A stretch of DNA of 53,789 bases, from the NCBI GenBank assembly GCA_963575745.1, contig CAUYUJ010000287.1, positions 62,001 to 115,789 of the forward strand. The letters run 5' to 3'. How positions within the stretch are numbered: the first letter of the stretch is position 1; each line of letters starts with the position of its first letter. Below, one piece after another: positions 25,045 to 35,855 of the stretch. The notes below the pieces were generated by a model. It ran no database searches. It had not been told where the DNA came from and saw nothing but the letters and a program-made list of their open reading frames with translations. The stretch comes from Prorocentrum cordatum. Lineage: Eukaryota. The position numbers and the translations under genes were made by a program.

Positions 25045-28000
25045 ATGGATGCCCGCCCCCCTGGACGGGGGCAGAGGGGGCCCACGTCCTTGACATGGGA
25101 CCGAACAGTGGCATTAACGATCGATATCAGTGGGCTTACAGACGGCGGCTTTTCAGTATACCAAGTTGGCAATTCTAATTTGGGCGAGTCGCTGTACTGA
25201 CTAGAAGATCATTGGTTGGCTCTGCTCCACATCGGGGGGTTTGCTGCAGTGCACAAGTCGGAGAGGCGAAAGATGTTGTTCGAGAACCTTGGCTCCGCTT
25301 ACGGGCTGAGTGGCAACTGGTTTGACTACGGCGGCACTGGCGGCGTGCCGAGCGTCACGTTGAGGACGGACTTGCAGCTCGCATGGCTCTTGTACAAATA
25401 TCGACATAGCGTAGATGATAGCGGGCGCTCACCTCTCTCGCACAGAGTCAGGCACTGGCTCGAGCTATCCGTTCAAGGGTTGCAGTGTATTCCGACCCAG
25501 GGCGGCTTTGCAGTGACGGTTCACTTCGATGGCAGGGTATCTCCAGACTTACTTCAGCTGGACCGCGACGCAGGGGTGATCCATGGCTGGAGTGATGTCG
25601 TTGCTAGCCAATGCTTCTACAAGCGGTGGTCTGATTTCAATGATGGTGCGGGCAAGTACAGCGCTCTTAGACTACCTGGCGCTGCAAATGCAGTCCCGAA
25701 TGTGCTTCTGTTTCTCCTTGCATCTGTATCACGGGTTGGAGAGTCACGACAACGTTTTGAGCGATGTGCAAAAACTATGCTACAATTTTGTTGCCACGTC
25801 CTGGCCATGGGCATGGAGGCCTTCATCGTGCGCAAGCACGTGCCATCGATGAACCTGGAAGTGTCAGATCGGCTGCAAGAACTGAGATGCGAGAGCCGCC
25901 GACGGAAGCTCGACCCCCAAGCAATATTAGCTGCCATGCAGAGGACACGGGAAGTCGTTGGCTCGAGCAACACGACCGTGACCGCAATCATCAGCGACAA
26001 GAGTTTGGACAGCAGAATATCGTACACGATGGCTTTGTTGCACAGGCAGAAAATGAAACGTTCGTTCCAAGGTTCGGCGACCCTGGCAATGCGTTGGGAC
26101 CCTGGGGGGCATTCACGGAGGAGCTACAACATTGGCCTGGTCGCCCAGACTGTCGTGAAGGACGCCGTCGCAGGGGACATGCACCCAAAGGCAAGGGCGG
26201 CAGCAAATCTCGGTCGGCAACCCGAACGCCCCATGGCTGCTGGACGTCAGCCAATGGGGGCCAAAGCTCTCCAGCGGGGAATCGTTAGAAAAACGCGAGG
26301 GGGGGAGGGGGTTAGGTGTCTTGGGGTGCCAGGAAATATATGAAATAGGGAGGGGATTCCGCTTACAACCTTGATGTAAAAAATCTCCTAAACGTGATGA
26401 AAAAATCCCCCCAGGAATTTGCATCACGGTTTTGTTTGGGGTGAGGTGGGGTTTTGGCGACCTATCCTTGATCTCCCCTCAGCTTTCCCCTGCGGGGGAG
26501 GCACGCCTAGGCTCGACCCTCGGCGCTCCCCCCCTCAGCTTCCCCCCCAGGGGTCAGGCACGTCGGTGTAGGCCTTCGCAGTGAGTCGCCGTCGATCTCG
26601 TCGTAAGGGGTAGGTGCAGAGGGTTTCGTGCCCCTAACCCCCAGGGTCGCCTCGCACGAGATTTGCAGCCGCCCATGCGCCCAAGGCGATTCGCAAGAAG
26701 GTCGACTTGCAGTTCATCGCCGACGACCCCGAGCTGAACCAAGTGTGGATCTGCGACAGGATGGACAGGGAATCGGCCTTCCTCAACATGAGCGTGGTCT
26801 TGACCGAACTACACCAACTCACAGGGTTCAAGGTTGGAGAGTTCAAGGTCCCGCTCAGCCTGAGCCTTCGCCCGATCATGCAAGGCGAGACGCGGCTCGA
26901 GTGGAGCGACGGCATGCGTGTTCTTTTCCATGCCGATCGCGGCACAGCATCGGTGGGAAATACCCAGTGCGTGTTGGCAAGAGCCGTTCAATATAGTCTC
27001 TCACACGACGGATCGGAGCTCGATAAATTCATCTTTGTTGCACTTTCTCATCAACGAGAACTACTTGTTCGTTCCTTGGTTCGACACAATGCATGCGATG
27101 TGGAACGCGGTCAAGAACAGCGCCAGCAAAAAACATGGCCATGGTCTGGACGGAGCAAGGGGTACATGTGGAAAAAGGTGCTCGAGTTTGTCACGATCTG
27201 CAACATGAACACGGGCCCATATGGGTCGTGCCAATGGTTCGACTTGAAGAAGGACCGATGGGGGGGGGGGGGGGGGGGGCGAAACCAGGGCCCACGCGGA
27301 ATCGCTGCCTGGAAGTGAAGCTGGCCTGGGTTTAGTATGTTTTTGATGCGTAGAGCTGGGCACCATTCCACCTCCTGCTCGTCCTCCTCCACCTTCCCCT
27401 CCTCCTCCTCCGCTCTCCTGTCCCTCCCCCATCCGTCGCCCCTCTTTCATCCAGCAACCTGGCCCAGGGGGGTTGGAGGGCAGAGCTCACCCTCCTCTTC
27501 GGACTCTTATGATTTCCTCATCCACCTCCTCCCACCCCTCACACTTGTTTGTAACTTTGCATTACATTGCGCTCCTCAGGACGCGTGTCGTCGGTGTAGC
27601 CAGATGTACGACGAGAACTCCATGGAGTTCGTGGAGATCGCAGGTCTGTTCCGGGATGCGATCGGCATCGACTCAGCTTCATCTTCTGGTTTGAGCTCTA
27701 TATACAGCAGGATGGCCACACTCAGGAGTTGCAATGAGGTGGGGCCTCATCTGAAGCTGATGCGCTTTCTGTCCATCAACGACTGCTGGAAGTGGCACAA
27801 GCGTGAGATCTGGGGACTTCGGGCCATATTAAAGCTAATGGCAGCTGAGCATGGCAAAGGGAGCGCACTGTCTGCCATCGTGACGGCTGGCACGACACAC
27901 GGAGCAACTGACGGCGACGTGCAACAGGCGGCCGACAAGCAGGCAGGGACCATCAAGCGAGCATACACATTGATCAACGAACAGTTTGTCAACGCCCTCT

Positions 28001-30264
28001 CGATATTTTGTGTTACTTCTACTGCCCAGAGGGAACTATACAGCTACCGAGCGACGCACGTCAAAAGCATATCTGATGGACAACCCTTCGACTTCAAAAT
28101 GCAGATGGGTGCGTGGCGTGACGAATTCAAAGGTACCGTGGCAAATTGCATGAACAACGCGGATCTCATCCGCGAATTGGGGCTGCTGGGGGGGACTACA
28201 TCAGCAGAAAGCAAGTCGCACAGCATGGAGGCTTTCGAGTTTATGATGACGCTGATGAAGGAGAGGTTCGACTCCATCTCGCCAGATTTATTTTGCTACC
28301 CAGCCAAGTTCAGGACGGCGCTCGGAGAGACGATGTCAGCGGACGAGCAGAAGGTTGCGAGGCAACGCATCAACTGCGATTGGCAGGTCATTCTCTTGAC
28401 GGAGAAGCACGCCTTGACAATGCCTGATGCGAAGCAGCTCTTGGGGGATACCTTCTGGCTGAAGTGGCCGATCAACCGCTTGGCTTGGGGCCAGAACGAG
28501 CGGGAGTTGAATGCCAACCTCGACATCCAGGACGGTTTCATTCGCACGGCGAGTGCGGCTACACAGCATTGGCCAGACTCGAAGGGGCCAGAGGACGTTC
28601 ACCAGCACATCAGAGATGAGGGCAGGTCTACACGGAACCAACACATCGCCCCGAATCGAGTGTATAGGGCACAGCAGGAGTGCAACATCTCTGGCTCACG
28701 CGGCATGGCAACATTCCAGCTCAACGACATGGAGATTGCCACCAACATTTGCCATCATGACACTATGCACTCCCTGGGTCGCGAGTTCAGGGGGGATCCC
28801 GACTGTCTGCCACGTCGACTTCGGCGTATCTTAGACGGAGGCCACGAGTACAATTCCCCGAATGGACAGTCGTACGCGAAGGCAGGTTCGGCTTGGAAGT
28901 GGCTTTCGCACTGGTCTAAATTGCCCTCCCCAAAACCAAGTTTGCTAAGTTCGTGGCATGGTAGGATGGTGCCAGAGTGTTCCATATTGGTTCATGTCCC
29001 GTCGAAGTCGTACATGGTCGTCATTAGCCAACAGTTGTGGAGCCTCTTTGTGTGCGACCTCCAGAAGGGAAGCAAGGGCGACCTGCAGTATCTCAGGATG
29101 CGAACCGATAGGGCTGCGTTCCACGATTACTTCTTGACTAAGCCTTGGGAGCGCGAGGTCTTGAACATATCCGAGGTGCCCTACGTTGTTGGAGTTGGCA
29201 GGGTTCTCCTTGCGCTGGAGGCCCCCGTGGCACCGTTGGCTGCATCGCTGCTTTCGGGCTTGCCCCTGGCCCTGGACCACATGAACGGCATCGCAGACGA
29301 GATGGGCTTGGACCTCGGAGATGCGAAGACCAATATGATGAAGGCGCGCGGGAAGCTGATTGAACTCTTGTTTGGACTTACGCCTGATCTCGTCTCGAAG
29401 TGCCAGGCCGCCTTCAAGAAAACTAGTCAGGGCAACTCAGAAGCGGACGAGCTCGGCGAGGACTACCTCGACATGCTTGAGGAGATTATGGCCCACGGTG
29501 TTCAGAATTGCAGCGAGATCCAGGCCCTCCGGAAGGATTTGAGGACGAATCGGACGAGACATATGCATGAACAGCGTGCTGTTCGGCGAGCGGCTAAGCT
29601 GGCAGAGCAGCTAGAGAAGAAGAAGCTGAAGTCAGTCCTCAAAGGCAAGTTCGCCCAGGGGATGATGGTGAAGGTAGGTGCGAAAGCAAAGGCCAAGGCA
29701 GCTGCGAAGGCCGACGTTGCAGGCCATCATGTTGGTGGCTCTGGAGATGGTGTTGCTCCGCCAGTTCCAGAGGCAGGCCCTGCCGTTCCTCCACATGGCG
29801 CTGGCGGAGATCCTGGCGCGGCTGACGACGGGGTGATCCCCGAACCTCCCAAGAAGAAGGCGAAGGCTGGCAAGGTTGGCGTATCAAAAGACGGATCGCA
29901 CCCAGTTCCAGCGGTCAAGGTACCTCGTGCTGAACAGTTCGGCCCGTGGACGTTATCAGAGATATACGAGCATGGTGAGTGCGCTGGTTGGGAAGCGCGC
30001 TGCCTCGACCACGTGGACGGAACAGACCTCCGCTGCGTCAAGCACTGCACCATGGGAACGGGCAAGAACGCTTTGACCCACCACACGTGTAAGTTCAAAA
30101 TGAAACAGTGGTTGATCTACGGCCTTCGACCAGAGATCAAGACGAGAGTAGATCATGTGTATACGGATTGTCTCAGAGCAGATCTGCTTCCCAACACAGA
30201 GCCAGAGTTGGACACAATTGCTGAGGATGAGCTCAGGAGGCGGAATAGCAAGGACAAATCATGA
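25045..30264 (+). CDS. Putative DDE transposase, 3 exons (25045-26190, 26686-27252, 27580-30264), ~1465 codons with an in-frame TGA at 25198 (or ~1389 aa from ATG 25273)
   Basis: Three ORF blocks join in phase 0 at AAG|GC...AAG|GC and AAG|GA...CAG|GA. Motif order is LAMRWD (D, 26098), VLFHADRG (D, 26935), RHNACD (H), KLMRFLS, KGPEDVH (E, 28591), followed by a basic/coiled-coil region and a C-terminal C/H-rich module (WEARCLDH...CVKHC...KQWL...H). It lies inside a TSD/TIR-bounded element. Confidence 0.75.
26191..26685 (+). mobile_element. Putative GC-AG intron 1 that is a TIR-bounded (introner/MITE-like) insertion
   Basis: 26191-26212 GCAAGGGCGGCAGCAAATCTCG versus the reverse complement of 26657-26678 GCATGGGCGGCTGCAAATCTCG (20/22). 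Flanked by CCCAAAG and CCCAAG. Confidence 0.75.
27253..27579 (+). other. Putative GA-AG intron 2 of the transposase
   Basis: AAG|GAC donor and CTCCTCAG|GAC acceptor. The interior has a G-run, CCT tracts and an in-frame stop. Removal keeps the frame. Confidence 0.65.
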
Positions 30265-30320
30265 GTGAGTTTCGAGCCTTCTGACACGTTGCCCTGTATG
30301 TTTTTTCAGCACGTATATCC

Positions 30321-30345
30321 TTTTTTTTTTTTTTTTTTTTTTTTT
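30321..30345. repeat. T25 homopolymer followed by a CCT-rich tract
   Basis: Direct reading; 56 nt after the transposase stop. Confidence 0.9.
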
Positions 30346-31714
30346 CTCATCCTCCTCCTTTGCCAACTCCTCCTCCTCCTCCTCACTTTGCCCCCTGCTC
30401 CTCTCCGTCTTACTTGTCCTCGTTTCCTCCTCCTCCTCGCCCTTCTCCTCATCCTTATCTTCCTCACCCACTTCCGTCTGTGGCGCGCGGGCGGCTCCTT
30501 CGCCCGACTCTCGGAGCCGACCGACGCCCGGCGCACGGGCAGCGGCCGCGGGCTCCAGCGATCAGGGGGCGGAGGAGAGAGGGGGCGGATCAGGGGGGGG
30601 AGGAGGGGGCGGACCAGAGGGAGGAGGAAGGAGGAAGGTGGACTGAGCTGAGAGAGCGGCCCCTCCGCCTGTCTCCCGCCTCGCGCCCGCTCGTGAACGC
30701 TTGCTTCCACGAGTTGTGCAAGTTCGGCACTCGAGGAAATTCCACCCGCGACGCGGGGGGGGTGGGGGCGGCCTGGGGGGAGCAAGGAAGGGGCACGAGG
30801 GCACACGCGACGACGAACGACGAGCACGCGACCGCAAGCAGGGACGAATGAACGGGGCGGGGGCGAAGAGGGGGGATGGGCGATGACGAGAACGAGGAGG
30901 GAGAGGAGGGGGACTGACGGGAGGGAGGGAACGGCGATGGGAAGGACCGACGATGGGAGAAGGCGGGCTGTTGGGCAACATGAATACAACACTACCACCT
31001 CTCGTTAGTTAGCGTGGTCCAACACATGCAACTACCAACTCCCCATCACACGTGAGTACACATATGATACTACTGCCCTTAGCACTGAAGCACTGGTGGT
31101 CAGGAGGGGAGAACACGCGCCTAACCGTTACGTATAGACCCCCTTCTCTGGGTGTAATGTGTGTTGGGTCCTTGGGAACCTGGCGAGGGCGCTAAAAAAA
31201 CAGACCCCCCCCCTGGGTGTGTGTGGGGGGCTAGCGAGGTAGTCCGCATGCTACGCGCTCTGCACGTGCTGACGGGATGTGGCATTTCAGGAAGGTTGGG
31301 GAACAACAGAAGGCACGACGGCGACCACAGCGACGACGACGACGACGACTGGGCGACGATGACCACGGAGACGACGACGATTGTGATCATTACGAAGCGG
31401 CGACGGCTCGACTGAAAGTTCGATTACGCGACTTGCGCGAAAGCGACTGCGACGTACGCGACGACAACGAGGACGGCGAGCAGGACTACGGGACCGAAGC
31501 TTACGGCGAATGTGGGGCAGCCCAGGGGGAACACGGCGACTACGGCGACTGATGGGGTCGACCGCGACGACTGATGGGCAATCAAATTGGACGACGACGA
31601 CGACGGCGACGACCGCGACGGCTACGACGATTATGAGACGACTGCTAAGAGGGATATGAAAATAAAAGCAACGTGTTGTTCGGACGACGGCGGCGGCTGC
31701 GACGACGACGGCGA

Positions 31715-31754
<40 letters not shown>

Positions 31755-31873
31755 TACGACTACGACTACGACTACGACGGTGACGAGCACGACGACGATG
31801 ACGCTGACGCTGATGACGGTGGCGACGCCTCTCCCCGTCCCCTTCCTATGTTGCGTCCTCCCCACCATCCTCC

Positions 31874-31895
31874 TACGTCGCCATTTTGGCTCAAG
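31874..31895 (+). promoter_or_regulatory. Near-perfect dinoflagellate spliced-leader sequence
   Basis: TACGTCGCCATTTTGGCTCAAG, 20/22 to DinoSL, last 16 nt exact. Confidence 0.85.
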
Positions 31896-32363
31896 CCTCG
31901 AGGGCGCTACGCGCGCCCGTGGCATGGGCAACGCTACTGCGGTGCACGCCGTGGCCCGAGCTGTTTCGGCCAGTGACGCTGCCGAACGGATTAAAACCCA
32001 CGCTTGTGGGCCCGAGGGGAGTTCCCCGCCTGCGCGGCGGCAGTTGTGCATGGGCGGTTCGCACCTGCCCAGGGTATAGGGGAACGGGTCGTTGCCGCGG
32101 GCGCGCAGGGAAAGCGCGTCCGCCTCGACGCGCCGCCGGGGGTGATCTTGTCGCACAGCTCCCTGGCCAAGCCTGCGCTGTCCTCCGAATCCTGGTCATC
32201 CCCTCTACTTGTGTTATCGTCCTGATGATCTACCTTCAGCTTTTAGCAGTCTTTCTCCTTGCGGCGTTTCCTTTTCACATGCGCGCGTTTTTCTTTCCCC
32301 CGCTATCGTCTTTTGAACGATCCTCCCCCCCCTCCCATCCTGCCCCCAACAGCGGGCCCATGA

Positions 32364-33043
32364 ATGCCAAAACCTTATTCTCGGGATTTCAACGCCACGG
32401 ATCAACCTGACTGCTGCGTCTTGACGACCCTGAATCGTACGAGAGCGCCGCTTTTTGGGACTCCAACACCGCGATTCACCATAACTGTTGCGCCCGCATG
32501 ATCCTGAATCCTTCCAACACGCCAGTTTTGGTACGTTGATCATTCGAATCCGTGAAGCTCTTCCAAATTTTATGGGCGAATGTGCGCGGCGCTAAGGCGA
32601 GAACCACACTTTGAAAATAACAGCCCTCAGTCAGTGAACCTCTTGCACATTTCATAAACGACTGTGCGCGGCGCTAAGGCGAGAGCCACATTTTGACAAC
32701 GCCCCGTCCTCAATCCGTCAGGCTCTTGCAGTTTTCGGAACCCGCCCTCAATCCGTGAAGCTCTTGCAGATTTCCACAATGAATGTGCGCGGCGCTAAGG
32801 CGAGAGCCACATTTTGAAAGCCACCCGTGTTCAATCCATGAAACCCTTGCAAACTTTGAAACGGAATTTGCGCGGCGCTAAGGCGAGAGCCACATTAAAA
32901 ACACCCGCCCTCCGTCTGTGAAGCTGTTACCGCTTTTAAGCTTCAGAGTCATGGGTGGTGAGGAAGTATCAGGCGAAACGCTCTGCCCGCCCTGAACATT
33001 GGCCTCGGAATGCGACATGGAGAAGTTATTTATAAGGAAAAAG
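32364..33043 (-). repeat. Repeat R, minus-strand copy, 5' part (right flank of the large transposon)
   Basis: The reverse complement matches 14010-14492 plus 15478-15635. Confidence 0.9.
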
Positions 33044-33279
33044 GGTGGTGGACAAGGAGGAGGAAGAGGAGGTGGATGAGCAAGATCAGGGGTGAATGCT
33101 TGCAGCCTCGCAGGAGTATTTTGGCACCGCCGACGAAGACGACGCGCGGGTGGTACGCCCCCCCCCCCTACCATGCCCCTGGGCATTGAGAGGCGGATGA
33201 GACGGCGGATGGTGAGGAGGAGGGGCAGCAGGAATGCCGCAGGATGGGGTATTGGAACAGGAGGAAGGGGGATTGACGG

Positions 33280-34030
33280 GTGAGGGATTGGGTGATGGGG
33301 AGGAGGAGGAAGGGGGGGAGGAGGAGGCGGAAGAGGAGGAGGCATTGGACGAGAGGGAGGAGGCGGAGGAGGAGGAGGAGGAGGAGGAAGACGAGGAGTA
33401 GGAGGAGGTGGAGGAGGAGGAGGAGGTCTTGGATAAGGAGGAGGATGACTCGGAGGAAGGTGAGGAGGAGGACGAGCAGGAGGAGGAGGAGGAGGAGGAG
33501 GAGGGGGAGCAGGATGACGAGGAGGAGTAGGAGGATGAGGAGGAAGGAGGAGGAGGAGGAGGAGATGGAGGGGCGGGAGGGGGATAGAGGGAGGGATGAC
33601 TGTCGCAATGATGATGATGCTGGTGAGGATGGTGAGGAGGCTGAGGACGCGGATGCGGCTGAGCATAATGATGCAGGAGTGGCGACGATGAGGGGGATGA
33701 GCGTGAGATGATGCTGTTATTGACGATGGCGGCGACGACGACCACGATGCTGATGGTGCTGATGATGTTGATGCTGATGATGACGATTATGATGATGATG
33801 ATTATGATGATGATGATGCTGAGGATGCTGATGCTGATGCTGACCATGATGATGATGTTGATGGTGATGATAATGCTGCTGATGATGCTGATTGATATTG
33901 CTGCTGATGATGATGGTGATGATGTGGGTGGTCATGATGATGGTGACGACGATGATTCTGTTGATGATGATGCTGCTGCTCATGATGATGAGGATGGCGA
34001 TTCTGATACATATGACAATGATGATGCTAT
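33280..34030. repeat. (GAG)n then (GAT)n microsatellites
   Basis: Direct reading. Confidence 0.9.
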
Positions 34031-35754
34031 TGCCTTGCAGTATTATGCAGGTGGATGCCACAGCTGGGGTCGACGTCGCGTTTTCTGTTTGTTTCCTTAT
34101 GTACGTATCTGCTTACAGTTTGTAGTCATGCAGTCTTACGTGATTATATACCCGATGAAGCGTCTGTTACTTTGGATGGCAAGGATTATGTTGTTGATGG
34201 CGTTGCACTGCAGCGAGGAGGTGTATTACATTGACACTGCTGATGATGACAGGGGCATTGGTTGCAGTGTCACTCGGTGCGTTTGTACCCAAGTGGCCTT
34301 TGTTCTGATTGTCACGAGTTCCTTGAGGAACCTCGACATGTTTGTGCTTGGGTCGACCAGGACATGACTACTCTGGGGTTCTTAATAAGCATGGCCCCCC
34401 CCCGACGGGGGTCAACCTCGCCTCGTTGTCGCGCCGCGACGGGGGTCGGAGCACCTTCGGCGCGCGGTGGCTGCCCGCGACGGGGTCGATGTGGGGCTGT
34501 CGGAAGGAGTGACGCCTCCCCGACGCTTGTTAAGAAACTCGGAGTACCTTTGATCAGTGGCATTCGCATCCTTCAGACAAGCGACCTCCTGTTCGTCTCG
34601 TCTCAACATGGATGTGTATGTTACCCCGCCCACTGCGAGTTGACCCCTGAGCACCAGGAGAAGGTCGGCGCATGTGATACCTGTAGTGATGGTCATCACT
34701 CCCAGCCAGACTGGGTCGGGGGCCACTGGAGTGGGTGCTGACTTGACCCCCAGTCCAGTTCTGCGCCAGAACTGCAGAGCCCAATGCCATCAGGAATTGG
34801 CTGCTGAGCGGTGGACTCGCGCGTCCTTTCCCTTGTTCAGGAGCGCGGAAACGGGGTGGGGGGGCTCAGGCTGGGGGGAACATCGTCCACCACTCGCCAA
34901 GTCATCGCCGTCTGGGACATTCAGGAGGGTAAATACACACGGACACAATTAATCGTCGACTCCCAGGAAAATATGGGAGCATATGGCAAGGTCGGGGAAC
35001 ACGAAAACCCAGGAAATATGGGAAAATATAGGGGGATCCTGGGATTTGGGTGTATTTATTTGTGTGTCCTTGGGTCCCTTTGGGTGCTCCACCATGCACA
35101 GGAGTGTGCGGTCTTGACATCGGGGGCCGACCGCAGATCTGTCGGCTTCGACTCCAGGGCGAGGTTTCCCGTCTGTGAGTCAGTCCCCTCCCCCCCTGAT
35201 TCTCTTCGGACCTTCCGCCCTGGCCTTGCGCCTCTTTTCTGACAAGATCCATGGGCGTTTTCTTGAACTGCGTAAGGTTTCTCAGGAGCTCCGATGAACT
35301 CTTCCGCACCGTCTGCGGAGGTCGGATGGTATGGCGGGTGGATGTGGAGGGCCCCGCTGTTCGGAGCTCCTCGCTCCCTTGCCCTTCCGCACCCGCACGG
35401 CCAGAAAGCGCTGCCCTGCACTGCCGCCTCGACGGCCTCGGGCGAGCTGCTCTGCTACGTCCCCTCCGCGAAGTTCGTGGGCGTGCCCAGTGCCGCTCTC
35501 CGCCGTTTGCAGCGGCCGCCGCCCCGTCGCCGGCGCCGCCTCTCCGTCGATAGACGCTTCGCTGCCGCTGCTGCCGCTGCTCCTGATGTCACCGAGCGCG
35601 TTCCACCTCTCGCGAAGCGCCTACTCGCCGACCTCGGAAAAGCACAAAGTTGCCTCGACGCAGTGGGTCTTGAATCCCCGGCGGCGGATCCAGGCCACTT
35701 GCGAGTGGCTACTATTGCGAGTGGTGGAACGCACTTGTCTATGATGCTTCTCCT

Positions 35755-35855
35755 TTAACGGGCGAAGAACGGTATCACATAAACTTTTTCGCTGTCGGGG
35801 GCGCCTGCCCCTGGGCGGCTGGAAAGTTCATGTTATACCGTTCTTCGCCCGTTAA
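35755..35855. mobile_element. 101-bp hairpin MITE with 33-bp TIRs
   Basis: TTAACGGGCGAAGAACGGTATCACATAAACTTT versus the reverse-complemented right arm TTAACGGGCGAAGAACGGTATAACATGAACTTT (31/33). CTCCT lies directly outside both ends. Confidence 0.8.

Larger units (their letters stand above)
20463..32363 (+). mobile_element. 11.9-kb multi-gene DNA transposon with 5-bp TSD ATGCC, TC...GA ends and imperfect offset TIRs
   Basis: ATGCC at 20458-20462 and 32364-32368. The left end TCTTCCACCCGCTGATGGGGGCAGCTTGGG compares with the reverse-complemented right end TCATGGGCCCGCTGTTGGGGGCAGGATGGG. Removing the element plus one ATGCC restores repeat R colinear with the empty site at ~15623-15649. Confidence 0.9.

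Noticed and set aside
27337..27579. N-terminus of the 975-aa ORF as called by the track
   Set aside because: Low-complexity S/P-rich sequence inside putative intron 2. Coding character begins at CAG|GAC 27580.
30321..30345. Poly(A) tail of a retroposed transposase mRNA
   Set aside because: The run is T on the coding strand, the wrong polarity for that gene's tail.
14009..33043. Giant ~19-kb element with ~600-bp TIRs
   Set aside because: The two arms are diverged, oppositely oriented copies of dispersed repeat R (a third piece is at 17440). The right arm continues at 20462, so the true element is 20463-32363.
13672..35085. LTR pair formed by the direct repeats at 13672 and 34940
   Set aside because: They are only ~140 bp and strongly diverged, with no TG...CA ends, PBS, TSD or gag-pol between them.
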